64,000 nt of DNA from Collinsella sp. (GCA_036313175.1 JAXJMO010000020.1:10670-74669); one strand, 5' to 3'. Shown: positions 8,261-17,152, counted from the stretch's first letter. Numbers and translations: made by a program. The notes: generated from the letters alone by a model not told the origin.

Positions 8261-9571
8261 ATGGACGAACTATTTCACGTCAGTGAGCGCAAGTCCACAA
8301 TCGGGACCGAACTTCGCGCTGGACTGACAACATTCCTGGCGATGGCCTACATCATCGCCGTCAACCCCGCAGTGCTCTCGGGCGCTGGCATCGATGCGGG
8401 AGCGCTCGCCTGCGCCACCTGTCTGGGCGCTGGCATCATGACCATCTGCATGGGCATCTTCGCTAACCGCCCGCTCGCCTGCGCGTCGGGCTTAGGCGTC
8501 AACGCGATGATCGCTGGAATCACCACCACCGTCTGCGGCGGTGACTGGCACGTGGCCATGAGCGTCATCTTCCTCGAGGGTATCGTCATCTTGCTGCTCG
8601 TGCTTTGTGGCCTGCGCGAGGCCATCATGGACGCCATCCCGGTTGTCCTGCGTCACGCCATCTCGGTGGGTCTGGGCCTGTTCATCGCCATGATTGGCCT
8701 GTGCGATGCCGGCATTATCACCGCTGGCGCCGGTACACTCGTCGGTCTGGGCGACATCACCTCCCCCACCTTCATCGTCGGCATCATCTCCATCCTGGTG
8801 ACAGTCGCCCTCGCCTGCCGCAACGTCCCCGGCTCGCTGCTCATCGGCATCGTCGTCGCCGTCATCGCCGGTATCCCCCTAGGTGTGACCCATGCTCCGA
8901 CCGGTATCATCGCCCCGCTCGACTTCTCGAGCATCGGTGGCCCCATCGCCGACGCCGGCGGCGTGCCCGCCATCGTCAAGGTCCTTACCGACCCCACGCT
9001 CCTCGTCATCTCGTTCTCGCTGCTCATGAGTGACTTCTTCGACACCATGGGCACCGCGATGGCCGTGGCCAAGCAGGGCGAGTTCCTCACCGACGACGGC
9101 AACGTCGAGAATATCAAGGAGATCCTGATCGTCGACTCCGCCGCCGCTGCTGTGGGCGGTTTCATGGGCGTCTCCTCCATCACCACCTTCGTCGAGTCCA
9201 CTTCCGGCGCCGCCGACGGTGGCCGCACGGGCCTCACCTCCGTCACCACCGGCGTGCTGTTCATTCTCGCCGCGTTCTTCTCCCCCATCGTCACCATCGT
9301 TTCCAGCGCCGCCACCTGCGGTGCTCTGGTCTACGTCGGCTACCTCATGATGAGCGAAGCCTCCGAGATCGACTGGTCCGACGTGTCGCAGGGTTTCCCG
9401 GCGTTCATGATCGTCGCCGGCGTGCCCTTCACCTACTCCATCTCTGCCGGCATTGGCCTGGGCTTTATCGCCTACGTGATCGTCGCGCTCTTTAAGGGCG
9501 AGGCCTCCAAGATCAAGCCGCTCATGTGGATCGCAGCCCTTGCCTTCCTCGTCTACTTCTTCGTGGCGTAA
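8261..9571 (+). CDS. NCS2 family purine (adenine/guanine/hypoxanthine) permease, AzgA-like
   Basis: MDELFHVSERKSTIGTELRAGLTTFLAMAYIIAVNP is a typical AzgA/PbuG-type N-terminus. The protein is polytopic. The ATG at 8261 follows AAGGAAAGGG. Confidence 0.85.
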   Translation: MDELFHVSERKSTIGTELRAGLTTFLAMAYIIAVNPAVLSGAGIDAGALACATCLGAGIMTICMGIFANRPLACASGLGVNAMIAGITTTVCGGDWHVAMSVIFLEGIVILLLVLCGLREAIMDAIPVVLRHAISVGLGLFIAMIGLCDAGIITAGAGTLVGLGDITSPTFIVGIISILVTVALACRNVPGSLLIGIVVAVIAGIPLGVTHAPTGIIAPLDFSSIGGPIADAGGVPAIVKVLTDPTLLVISFSLLMSDFFDTMGTAMAVAKQGEFLTDDGNVENIKEILIVDSAAAAVGGFMGVSSITTFVESTSGAADGGRTGLTSVTTGVLFILAAFFSPIVTIVSSAATCGALVYVGYLMMSEASEIDWSDVSQGFPAFMIVAGVPFTYSISAGIGLGFIAYVIVALFKGEASKIKPLMWIAALAFLVYFFVA

Positions 9572-9600
9572 CGGCATAGTCTGCTAAAGCAGAACATCAA

Positions 9601-9639
9601 GGCGCGGAGTCGCATCGAGCGGCTCCGCGCCTTTCTTTT
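9601..9639 (+). terminator. intrinsic terminator after the permease gene
   Basis: GGCGCGGAG (9601-9609) pairs with CTCCGCGCC (9623-9631), followed by TTTCTTTT. Confidence 0.7.
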
Positions 9640-9660
9640 AGCGTCTGCCCCCGTGCCAGC

Positions 9661-10374
9661 GTGCGACAATTGAGGCTGTCGATATCACAACACCGAGAGA
9701 AGCCTGCCTTGGAAGCGCATCATAAGCAGATAACCGTTTATTCAGAGTGTGCGGAAGGCGCGCCCGTCATCTACCTCCCCGTGGTTATGGGCGACGGTAG
9801 TGAAGTCTACGAGCGCTGCCGAGAGCTCGACTGCCCGCCGTTCACCCTTGTAGCCATTGGAGGGCTCGATTGGAATCGCGAGCTGAGCCCCTGGGAATGC
9901 GAGGGAACTATACGAGATGCCGAGCCCTTTGGCGGACAGGCTGCTGGTTTTCTTGACGAGTTGTTGAAGCAGATAATCCCCCAGGCCGAATCATCGCTCC
10001 CGCAACCGCCCGCCTGGCGCGGCGTTGCCGGCTACTCGTTGGCGGGTCTTTTTGCACTGTGGGCACTTTGGCAAACAGATGTCTTTGAGCGCGCAGCGAG
10101 TGCATCGGGGTCGCTGTGGTTCCCCAGCTTTATCGACTACGCGCGCGAGCGCACGATGACGGCTACGCCCGACGCCGCCTATCTGTCGCTCGGTAAAAAG
10201 GAAACCAAGACGCCCAACCGCATGATGCGGCACGTACTCGACGATACGCGCGCGATGGAAGAGCTGTTTATCGAGCGCGACATCCCAACAACGCTGGAGC
10301 TCAACCCCGGCAATCATTTTGCCCAAACTGACCTGCGCATGGCGCGCGGCATCCACTGGATACTGACGCATTAA
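9661..10374 (+). CDS. alpha/beta hydrolase, putative esterase family
   Basis: GYSLAG nucleophile elbow (GxSxG) and overall resemblance to PF00756-type esterases. The start is uncertain (GTG at 9661). Confidence 0.6.
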   Translation: MRQLRLSISQHREKPALEAHHKQITVYSECAEGAPVIYLPVVMGDGSEVYERCRELDCPPFTLVAIGGLDWNRELSPWECEGTIRDAEPFGGQAAGFLDELLKQIIPQAESSLPQPPAWRGVAGYSLAGLFALWALWQTDVFERAASASGSLWFPSFIDYARERTMTATPDAAYLSLGKKETKTPNRMMRHVLDDTRAMEELFIERDIPTTLELNPGNHFAQTDLRMARGIHWILTH

Positions 10375-10411
10375 AAATGGCGTCCACGCGTACGCACGGG
10401 CGCCATTTTTT
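10373..10411. terminator. bidirectional hairpin AAAAATGGCG...CGCCATTTTT
   Basis: 10-bp arms at 10373-10382 and 10401-10410, flanked by A-run and T-run. It overlaps the esterase stop codon. Confidence 0.55.
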
Positions 10412-10608
10412 GATTTAGCTGAACACAACTACTATTCGACAGTCTCCTCGAGTTCAGATACGGCGGGCGTCGAGGATTGGGACATGGAAGTCCTTTCATG
10501 ATGGAAGGGCGATCAGGCATATCGGATAACCTGCCCGAACGATACGATCCGGACCATTGTACGTGATACGTCATGTCTCGCGCGCGCCGTCACCTGCAAG
10601 CGGTAGCG

Positions 10609-11742
10609 TTACTTCCAAACGCGCTCGGCAATGCGCTTGACCAGCGCGATCTTTGCCCACTGTTCGTCCTCGGTCAGCTTGTTGCCAATCTCGCAGCTGG
10701 CAAAGCCACACTGCGGAGACAGATACAGGTTCTCGAGCGGCACGTACTTTGCCGCCTCGCGGATGCGCTCGACGATGGCGTCCTCGTTCTCGAGCTCAGC
10801 GGCCTTGGTGGTCACCAGGCCCAACACGACCTTCTTGCCGGGGGCAACATACTTCAGCGGTTCAAAGCCACCGGCACGCGGCGTATCGAACTCCAGGTAA
10901 AATGCGTCAACGTTCTCGTTTGCGAACAGGTACGGCGCGATGGGGTCATAGCCGCCCTCGAAGGCATAGGTGGAGTGGTAGTTGCCGCGGCACACATGCG
11001 TGTTGATGACCAGATCGTCGGGCTTGTCCGCGATGGCGGCATTGTTGAGCGCCACGCCCAGCTCGCTTACCTTTTGCAGGTCGACCGGGCTCATGCCGGT
11101 TTTGGCGACAAAATCGGTGTCGCAGTAGATGCCCCAGGTGCAGTCATCAAACTGGATGTTGCGGCAGCCTGCTGCGTACAGGTCGGCGATCACCGTGCGA
11201 TAAGCGGCTGCGATGGCGTCGGCAAGTTCCTCATCGGTCTTATAGACAGCGCGCAGGCTCTCCTGCTGGCCGTCGCAGCGGTCGAGCGTGACTTCGGAGA
11301 ACGTCTGGATCGGCGCCGGAATGGTTTGCCGCGCGACCTGGCCCTCCCCCTCGAGCGCCTTGACAAATTTAAAGTGCTCGACGAACGGATGGTTCTCGCC
11401 GCTAATGGGGCCGGTTACCACGGCGGTGTCGGCTGTGGTCTCCTCGTCGTGGAACATATAGCCCGTACGCGAGGTACGGCGTTCAATGCCGTTGAGCCCC
11501 CACATAAAGTCGAGGTGCCAGTAACTGCGGCGAAACTCGCCATCGGTAATCACCTGCAGGCCAGCGGACTTTTGCTTGTCCACCAGGTCGCGAATGGCCT
11601 CATCCTCGACGGCCTTAAGGCCGGCGGCGTCGAGTGTGCCCGCAGCATAGGCGGCACGGGCGTCCTTTACGGCCTGTGGACGAAGAAAGCTGCCGACGAT
11701 ATCGGCGCGAAACGGCGCGTTCAGCGTGGTTAAAGCACTCAT
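10609..11742 (-). CDS. cobalamin-independent methionine synthase-like protein (MetE C-terminal domain family, YxjG/YxjH-like)
   Basis: About 377 aa with VITDGEFRRSYWHLDF, HVCRGNY and SPQCGF segments typical of COG0620 single-domain MetE homologs. The ATG at 11740-11742 follows GGGAG. Confidence 0.8.
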   Translation of the reverse strand: MSALTTLNAPFRADIVGSFLRPQAVKDARAAYAAGTLDAAGLKAVEDEAIRDLVDKQKSAGLQVITDGEFRRSYWHLDFMWGLNGIERRTSRTGYMFHDEETTADTAVVTGPISGENHPFVEHFKFVKALEGEGQVARQTIPAPIQTFSEVTLDRCDGQQESLRAVYKTDEELADAIAAAYRTVIADLYAAGCRNIQFDDCTWGIYCDTDFVAKTGMSPVDLQKVSELGVALNNAAIADKPDDLVINTHVCRGNYHSTYAFEGGYDPIAPYLFANENVDAFYLEFDTPRAGGFEPLKYVAPGKKVVLGLVTTKAAELENEDAIVERIREAAKYVPLENLYLSPQCGFASCEIGNKLTEDEQWAKIALVKRIAERVWK

Positions 11743-11897
11743 AGATATCTCCCTTTGCATTGGTTGCTTTACTGGGACAAAGTATGAGCGCTCATATAGC
11801 CATCGTAAAATATACGTTTATAACAGTTTGATATAGATGCTTCCTATATCAGTTGGGACTGCCATGAAGAGATTTGACCTGTACAGGACGCAGCAGT

Positions 11898-12794
11898 CTA
11901 GATATGCTGACGGATCGCGTCGATATAGGCTTGACCGTAGCGCGTAAGCGTCGTGTTCTTGCGCGTGATGATGCCAATCTCCATGTACTCGTCCACGTCG
12001 AGCGGAATCGAGATAATGCCGGGGCCGTTGAGCTCGTGGCTGATCACGCCCGAGCATACCGTGTAGCCGTTGAGGCCCATGGCCAGGTTGAACAACGTCG
12101 CGCGGTCGCGCACGCGGATATTCTTGCGGCGCTCAAACGTCGAGGTCAGTTCCTCGGAATAGTAAAACGAGTTATAGCTGCCCTGCTCGTAGGACAGGAA
12201 CGGGTAGTCTTCCAGATCCTCGAGCGTCACGCTGGAGCGGTCCGCCAGCGGATGGTCGGCGCAGACGAAGACATGCGGCGTGGCGCAGAAGAGTCCTTCG
12301 AACACGAGCTCGTTGGCCACCAGCATGCGCTCGATGACCTCGCGGTTATGCTCGGATAAGTACAGGATGCCCAGTTCGCTTTTCATATGCGCGACATCCT
12401 CGATAATCTCGTGAGTCTGCTCCTCGCGCAGGGTGAAGTCGTAACGCGCGGCATCGAACTCGCGGATCACGTCGACAAACGCGTTGACGGCAAAGGAATA
12501 ATGCTGGCAGCTCACACTAAAGTGCGGCACCTGCTCGGATGCGCCCTTGTACTTGCCCTCGAGCAGGTCGGCCTGGTCGAGTACCTGGCGCGCATAGCCC
12601 AAGAAGGTCTCGCCTTCCTCGGACACAATGACGCCCTTGTTGGTGCGCTCAAAGATGTGCACACCCATCTCGTTTTCGAGATCGCGAATCGACGCGGTAA
12701 TCGAAGGCTGCGATACAAAGAGCCGGCGCGAGGCCTCGGTAATGCTGCCGCATTCGGCAACTTTGACGACATATCTGAGCTGCTGGAGCTTCAT
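11898..12794 (-). CDS. LysR family transcriptional regulator
   Basis: MKLQQLRYVVKVAECGSITEASRRLFVSQPSITASIRDLE. The ATG at 12792-12794 follows AAGGAG. The 69-codon N-terminal extension in the track overlaps the upstream HAD gene and is rejected. Confidence 0.85.
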   Translation of the reverse strand: MKLQQLRYVVKVAECGSITEASRRLFVSQPSITASIRDLENEMGVHIFERTNKGVIVSEEGETFLGYARQVLDQADLLEGKYKGASEQVPHFSVSCQHYSFAVNAFVDVIREFDAARYDFTLREEQTHEIIEDVAHMKSELGILYLSEHNREVIERMLVANELVFEGLFCATPHVFVCADHPLADRSSVTLEDLEDYPFLSYEQGSYNSFYYSEELTSTFERRKNIRVRDRATLFNLAMGLNGYTVCSGVISHELNGPGIISIPLDVDEYMEIGIITRKNTTLTRYGQAYIDAIRQHI

Positions 12795-12804
12795 GGCTGT
12801 CTCC

Positions 12805-13713
12805 TTAGCTGTTCGTGAGATTCGCGTCGGCAGTACCCGGCAGGCGCATAAACGGCGGCATCTCCCCCGTCGCGGCGCAAGCGGCAATCTGATGCAAAGC
12901 CCCGGCAACCGCATCGTCTGCCGCAGCGCCGATATGCCAGCGCGCGGCAGCCGTGACAGCCTCGTTGGCATTGGCGACTGCAACGGAGTTGGGAACGGCA
13001 TCGATCATGGGCAGGTCGTTATCGGAATCGCCAAATACGGCCACCTCATCGGGCGTCAGGCCCAAAGCGCGCGCTAGCTCCAGCGCAGCGCAGCCCTTGT
13101 CCCAACCAGCCGGAAGGATGTCAAACAGGCGCACTCGGTTGTTGGGAAACACGAGCGAGAGTTCCGGCACCTCGGCGGCAACGCGCTCACGTAGCTCCGC
13201 GAGCTCCTCACGCGAACGGGCACTCCAGATATTCGCCTTAAACACCGGCGCGTCATCGACGACGGGACGGCACGGGGCTTCTTCGCCTTTGAGCCATGCG
13301 TTGCCGCCCGACTCCATGGCGCGACGAACACGCTCGGGATCACTCGTCACGCAATAGGCATCGTTGCCCCAAAAGTCATCGCCCAGGCTATAGACCTTCA
13401 GATAGGTATCGTCGGTCTCTTGCTCAAGATAGTCGGCAAGACGCATGAGGGCACCGTTGTCGCTCGCACGGGAGGCAACAACCTCGCCGTCGACAAACAT
13501 CACCTGGCCGTTACAGAACGCACCGGTCGAAAAACACTCGGAACGGTTTTTGAACATCCAGCCCATCGCGGACGGCTGACGACCCGAAACCGGCCCAAAG
13601 TGCAGACCCGCCGCCTGCATGGCATGAATACCCTCAATGGCGTAGTCGCTGGCGCCGTCATGCCCGGCTGGAATCAGCGTATCGTCCATATCGGTCAGCA
13701 CAAGTTTAATCAT
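12805..13713 (-). CDS. Cof-type HAD-IIB family hydrolase
   Basis: LTDMDDTL motif I at the N-terminus and GDSDNDLPM motif near the C-terminus. Confidence 0.8.
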   Translation of the reverse strand: MIKLVLTDMDDTLIPAGHDGASDYAIEGIHAMQAAGLHFGPVSGRQPSAMGWMFKNRSECFSTGAFCNGQVMFVDGEVVASRASDNGALMRLADYLEQETDDTYLKVYSLGDDFWGNDAYCVTSDPERVRRAMESGGNAWLKGEEAPCRPVVDDAPVFKANIWSARSREELAELRERVAAEVPELSLVFPNNRVRLFDILPAGWDKGCAALELARALGLTPDEVAVFGDSDNDLPMIDAVPNSVAVANANEAVTAAARWHIGAAADDAVAGALHQIAACAATGEMPPFMRLPGTADANLTNS

Positions 13714-13750
13714 AAGGCCCCCATTCGTATCGGTCCTACCTATTGTAACG

Positions 13751-13786
13751 ACCTGCCAAAATAAACCTGTCCCTTTTTGGCAGGTG
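13751..13786. repeat. hairpin element ACCTGCCAAAA-ATAAACCTGTCCCT-TTTTGGCAGGT (family B, copy 1)
   Basis: 11-bp perfect arms. A near-identical ~30-nt copy lies at 34358-34392. This copy sits between divergent genes (HAD start at 13713, thi leader at ~13813), which is not a terminator position. Confidence 0.7.
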
Positions 13787-13812
13787 CGCTAGTATAGGGA
13801 ACAACAGATTCG

Positions 13813-13904
13813 ATGCGGGAGTGCCGGCGGTGCAAACCACAAGGCTGAGAGGGCATGGGGCCCAATCCTTTGAACCTGTCAGTTAATGCTGGCGTAGGGA
13901 GCAT
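13813..13904 (+). promoter_or_regulatory. TPP (THI-box) riboswitch aptamer
   Basis: GGGAGTGCC...GGCTGAGAG...CCTTTGAACCTGTCAGTTAATGCTGGCGTAGGGAGCAT matches the conserved CTGAGA and ACCTGATCTGGATAATGCCAGCGTAGGGA cores. It lies upstream of thiM. Confidence 0.85.
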
Positions 13905-13916
13905 GCCGCCTTTACA

Positions 13917-13948
13917 GGGGCGCTGTCTATGCACAGCGCCCCTTTTCT
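13917..13948 (+). terminator. riboswitch expression-platform terminator
   Basis: GGGGCGCTGT (13917-13926) pairs with ACAGCGCCCC (13933-13942), followed by TTTTCT. It sits immediately before the thiM SD. Confidence 0.75.
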
Positions 13949-13968
13949 ATGCCAAGGAGGCATGTGCA

Positions 13969-14808
13969 GTGATTGATTCGGAACAGCTTAAGCAACATAT
14001 GGTCAAGGCCGTGGAGGAGATTCGCGCCACCAATCCGATGGCCGGCTCCATCACCAACACGGTGACGATCGACTTTGTCGCCAATGCTCAGCTCGCCGTG
14101 GGCGGTTCGGCCGCCATGGTCTATCTGCCCGACGAGGGCGAGGCGCTCGTTGCCGGCGGCGGCGCCATCTATCTCAACATGGGCACGCTCTTCCCCATCT
14201 ACGAACAGACGATTCCCCGCGCGGCCAAGGCGGCACACGATGCCGGCAAGCCCTGGGTGCTCGATCCGGTTGGCCTGGGCATCGGTAGCCTGCGCACCCA
14301 GCTGGTAAACGAGCTCAAGCAGTGCAAGCCCGCCATCGTGCGCGGCAACGCCTCCGAGATTATCGCGCTCGCCGGCCTGTGGGGTCTTGAGGGCGAGGCA
14401 GCTGATCTGAGTCGCGTGCGCGGTGTCGATACCACCGACACGGTCGATGCCGCCCGCGACGCCGCCGTGGCGCTCGCCCGCTACACCGGCGGCGCCGTAG
14501 TGGTCTCGGGCGAAGTCGACCTGATCACCGACGGCACGACGGTGGCCAAGTCCCACGGCGGCAGCCCGCTCATGTCCAAGATCACCGGCTGCGGCTGCTC
14601 GCAGGGCGGCGTGCTGGCCGTGTACGCCTGTGCCGCCGACCCGTTTACGGCAGCCATCTGCGGCGCCGCCGTCTACAACGTTGCCGGCAAGCGTGCCGCC
14701 GCTGTCGCCGATGCCCCGGCAAGCTTTAAGGTCGCCTTTATCGACGAGCTCTACCGCGCGACCGCCCAGGACATCGCCGATAACCGACTCGAGCTCGAGG
14801 AGGCATAA
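13969..14808 (+). CDS. thiM: hydroxyethylthiazole kinase
   Basis: ITNTVTIDFVANAQLAVGGSAAMV and surrounding ThiM-like sequence. The in-frame GTG at 13969 lies 8 nt after AAGGAGG. The track start at 13855 would run through the riboswitch and terminator. Confidence 0.85.
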   Translation: MIDSEQLKQHMVKAVEEIRATNPMAGSITNTVTIDFVANAQLAVGGSAAMVYLPDEGEALVAGGGAIYLNMGTLFPIYEQTIPRAAKAAHDAGKPWVLDPVGLGIGSLRTQLVNELKQCKPAIVRGNASEIIALAGLWGLEGEAADLSRVRGVDTTDTVDAARDAAVALARYTGGAVVVSGEVDLITDGTTVAKSHGGSPLMSKITGCGCSQGGVLAVYACAADPFTAAICGAAVYNVAGKRAAAVADAPASFKVAFIDELYRATAQDIADNRLELEEA

Positions 14809-14811
14809 GCC

Positions 14812-15153
14812 ATGTCCGAGCCCGTAACCAATGCCGGCATGAACACGCTCGTCGCCGTGGCCATCGCCCCATGCGGCACCGGCGATGAGCTGTCCGCCGA
14901 GGTCGCCGAGGTCGTGCGCGTCATTCGCGAGAGCGGCCTTCCCAACCGCACCACCTCGATGTTCACCGAGATCGAGGGCGACTGGGACGAGGTCATGCAG
15001 GTCGTGCGCGACGCAACCTTTGTGTTGGCGAGCAAGGGCATCCGCACCGAAGTCGTGCTCAAAGCCGATATTCGACCCGGATTTACTGACACCATGACCG
15101 GCAAGCTTGAGCGCATGGAAGCGCAGATCAAAAAGCAGGAGGAAGCACGATGA
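14812..15153 (+). CDS. MTH1187/YkoF-family thiamine-binding protein (DUF77)
   Basis: 113 aa. LVAVAIAPCGTGDELSAEVAEVVRVIRESGL...TSMFTEIEGDWDEVM pattern typical of MTH1187-like proteins. Embedded between thiM and thiE. Confidence 0.65.
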   Translation: MSEPVTNAGMNTLVAVAIAPCGTGDELSAEVAEVVRVIRESGLPNRTTSMFTEIEGDWDEVMQVVRDATFVLASKGIRTEVVLKADIRPGFTDTMTGKLERMEAQIKKQEEAR

Positions 15154-15845
15154 GTATCCGCGACAACCTTGATATCTCGGCCTATCTGGTACTCGGCCCC
15201 GAAAACACGCTCGGGCGTCCCGTGGGCGACGTGGTGGCCCAGGCGCTCGACGCAGGCTTTACCTGCATCCAGGTGCGCTCCAAGGTGGCAAGCGCCCGCG
15301 AGATCATCGCGCTGGCCGGCGACGCCGCGCAGGCTATCGCACAGGCTGGCAAGACCGGTCAGGTCGCCCTGTTAATCGACGACCGCCTGGACTGCGTACT
15401 CGCCGCACGCGAGCAGGGTATTGCTGTCGACGGCGTGCACGTGGGTCAGAGCGATATTCCCGTCGAGGTCTGCCGCAAACTATTGGGCCCCGATGCCATC
15501 GTGGGCCTTTCGGCCCGTTGCGAGGAGATGCTCGAGTACGTCAAGACCGCCGACATGAGCCTAGTCGACTACCTGGGCATCGGCCCACTCCACGAGACCG
15601 AGACCAAACGCGATTGCGGACGCGCGGCCGACGGCTCTATCATCACCAAGAGCTTTGAGGACCTGGCCGCACTCCACGCGGCAAGCCCCGTGCCCATCGT
15701 GGTGGGCGGCGGCGTCAAGACGGCCGACCTGCCGCAGCTCAAGGCCACCGGCGTCGATGGCTTCTTTGTGGTGAGCGCCGTCTGCAGTGCCGACGACCCC
15801 CACGCCGCCGCCAAGGAGCTCGTCGACACCTGGCAGCAGGCATAG
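15150..15845 (+). CDS. thiE: thiamine-phosphate synthase
   Basis: ATGA overlap with the upstream gene. TIM-barrel ThiE-like sequence (CIQVRSK..., IVGLSA..., YLGIGP..., VVGGGV...). Confidence 0.85.
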   Translation: MSIRDNLDISAYLVLGPENTLGRPVGDVVAQALDAGFTCIQVRSKVASAREIIALAGDAAQAIAQAGKTGQVALLIDDRLDCVLAAREQGIAVDGVHVGQSDIPVEVCRKLLGPDAIVGLSARCEEMLEYVKTADMSLVDYLGIGPLHETETKRDCGRAADGSIITKSFEDLAALHAASPVPIVVGGGVKTADLPQLKATGVDGFFVVSAVCSADDPHAAAKELVDTWQQA

Positions 15846-15945
15846 GCTCAGGCCGAGCAGCTGATCCGCAGCCTCACATCTTTAGCAATAGAAAGCGCAT
15901 CCCAGTTTGGACCTCCATTCCGGGATGCGCTTTCCGCCACAGCCT

Positions 15946-16815
15946 CTACCTTGCCAGATACGTTTCCAGCGCAGACAAAGACGACTCCGCATCGTGGCGG
16001 CCGATCTGATAGATGCGCTCGAGCTCATCGGGCTCGCGGCACAGCGACGGCACCTTCACCGATTCGCTCGGCCGCACCACAAAGATTTCGCCGGCAGCCT
16101 CGCGACGTGCCAGGTCATCGAGTGTGGCATTGTAGACCTCATGCCGATGCTCAAGCGCCGCGACAAACTCCGGATAGTGACGGAACACGCGACGTAGCAT
16201 GGGCATCACGCTGTTGGGCTGCTTCACAAATCCCGCCGGCTGCGTGAGCACCACGATATTGCGGTCATACCCCTGCGCAAACAGCCATGCACTGGGAATA
16301 GAATCAGCCACGCCACCATCCAGATACTTATGCCCGTCAATAGCAACGGGGCGCGTCGCCACGGGAATCGCCGACGACGCCCGAATCCACTCGATATCCC
16401 GCTCGTCGCCATAGGGCAGGTCATGGTAGACGGCCTTGCCCGTCTCGATATCGGTACACACGCACGTAAATCGCATGGGGCAGGCGCGATACGCCTCCAA
16501 GTCGATGGGATCGCGCTCGATAGGCACCTCGTGATAGGCAAAATCGGCATTGAACATATCGCCGGTCCGCAGCCAGCTTGCTACACCCGCATAGCGCTTA
16601 TCGGCACAATAGGCCTTGTTATAGCGAATGGCACGGCCGATCTGGCGCGATTTAAAATTGTAGCCAAACGCCGCGCCCGCCGAGACGCCCACCATATGGT
16701 CGCAGGTCAAACCGTGCTCCATCCAAACGTCGAGCACGCCCGCCGTATACATACCGCGGTAGCCGCCTCCCTCGAGCGCGAGCCCCACCGTGCGCGTCAT
16801 AGTTGGCTGTGCCAT
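15946..16815 (-). CDS. patatin-like phospholipase family protein
   Basis: GGGYRG oxyanion motif and GVSAGA (GxSxG) nucleophile motif near the N-terminus. Confidence 0.8.
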   Translation of the reverse strand: MAQPTMTRTVGLALEGGGYRGMYTAGVLDVWMEHGLTCDHMVGVSAGAAFGYNFKSRQIGRAIRYNKAYCADKRYAGVASWLRTGDMFNADFAYHEVPIERDPIDLEAYRACPMRFTCVCTDIETGKAVYHDLPYGDERDIEWIRASSAIPVATRPVAIDGHKYLDGGVADSIPSAWLFAQGYDRNIVVLTQPAGFVKQPNSVMPMLRRVFRHYPEFVAALEHRHEVYNATLDDLARREAAGEIFVVRPSESVKVPSLCREPDELERIYQIGRHDAESSLSALETYLAR

Positions 16816-17152
16816 GCGACCATCTCCGTCCCCGCAAATTTAAACGGAACAAGTATACCCATCAACATATACCGCCCCAGTCGCATTTTTATCGAACATC
16901 GCATCATCGCGCTGCCGTTTGTCGAATAATAGCCACCCACAGCATGTGCACCCCTATATAATTTTGTACTGTTGTTTATTACTGTTGTTTACACTACTCA
17001 GCTGTTATCAACAGCGAACATTAGCCGGCAAATTAACTCAACAACGCGGCAAGGCGGGGGCCTGGATACATGCAAAGCGCTGAGCAACGATGCATGTACA
17101 CAACGAGCTCGCCCGACGCAATCCGCCCCGACCTCAGAAAGCCGCTTAGAAC

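Noticed and set aside
10573-11733. 386-aa plus-strand ORF
   Set aside because: Antisense shadow of the MetE-like gene, with no recognisable motifs.
12795-13001. 69-codon N-terminal extension of the LysR ORF (similar over-extensions: 7517-7579 bsh, 41004-41231 yhhQ, 47360-47482 LOG, 47820-47924 K channel, 13855-13968 thiM, 31503-31547 TetM-like)
   Set aside because: The extensions overlap upstream genes or regulatory RNA, are Arg/Pro-rich and lack an SD. Internal starts with AAGGAG-type SDs give family-typical N-termini.
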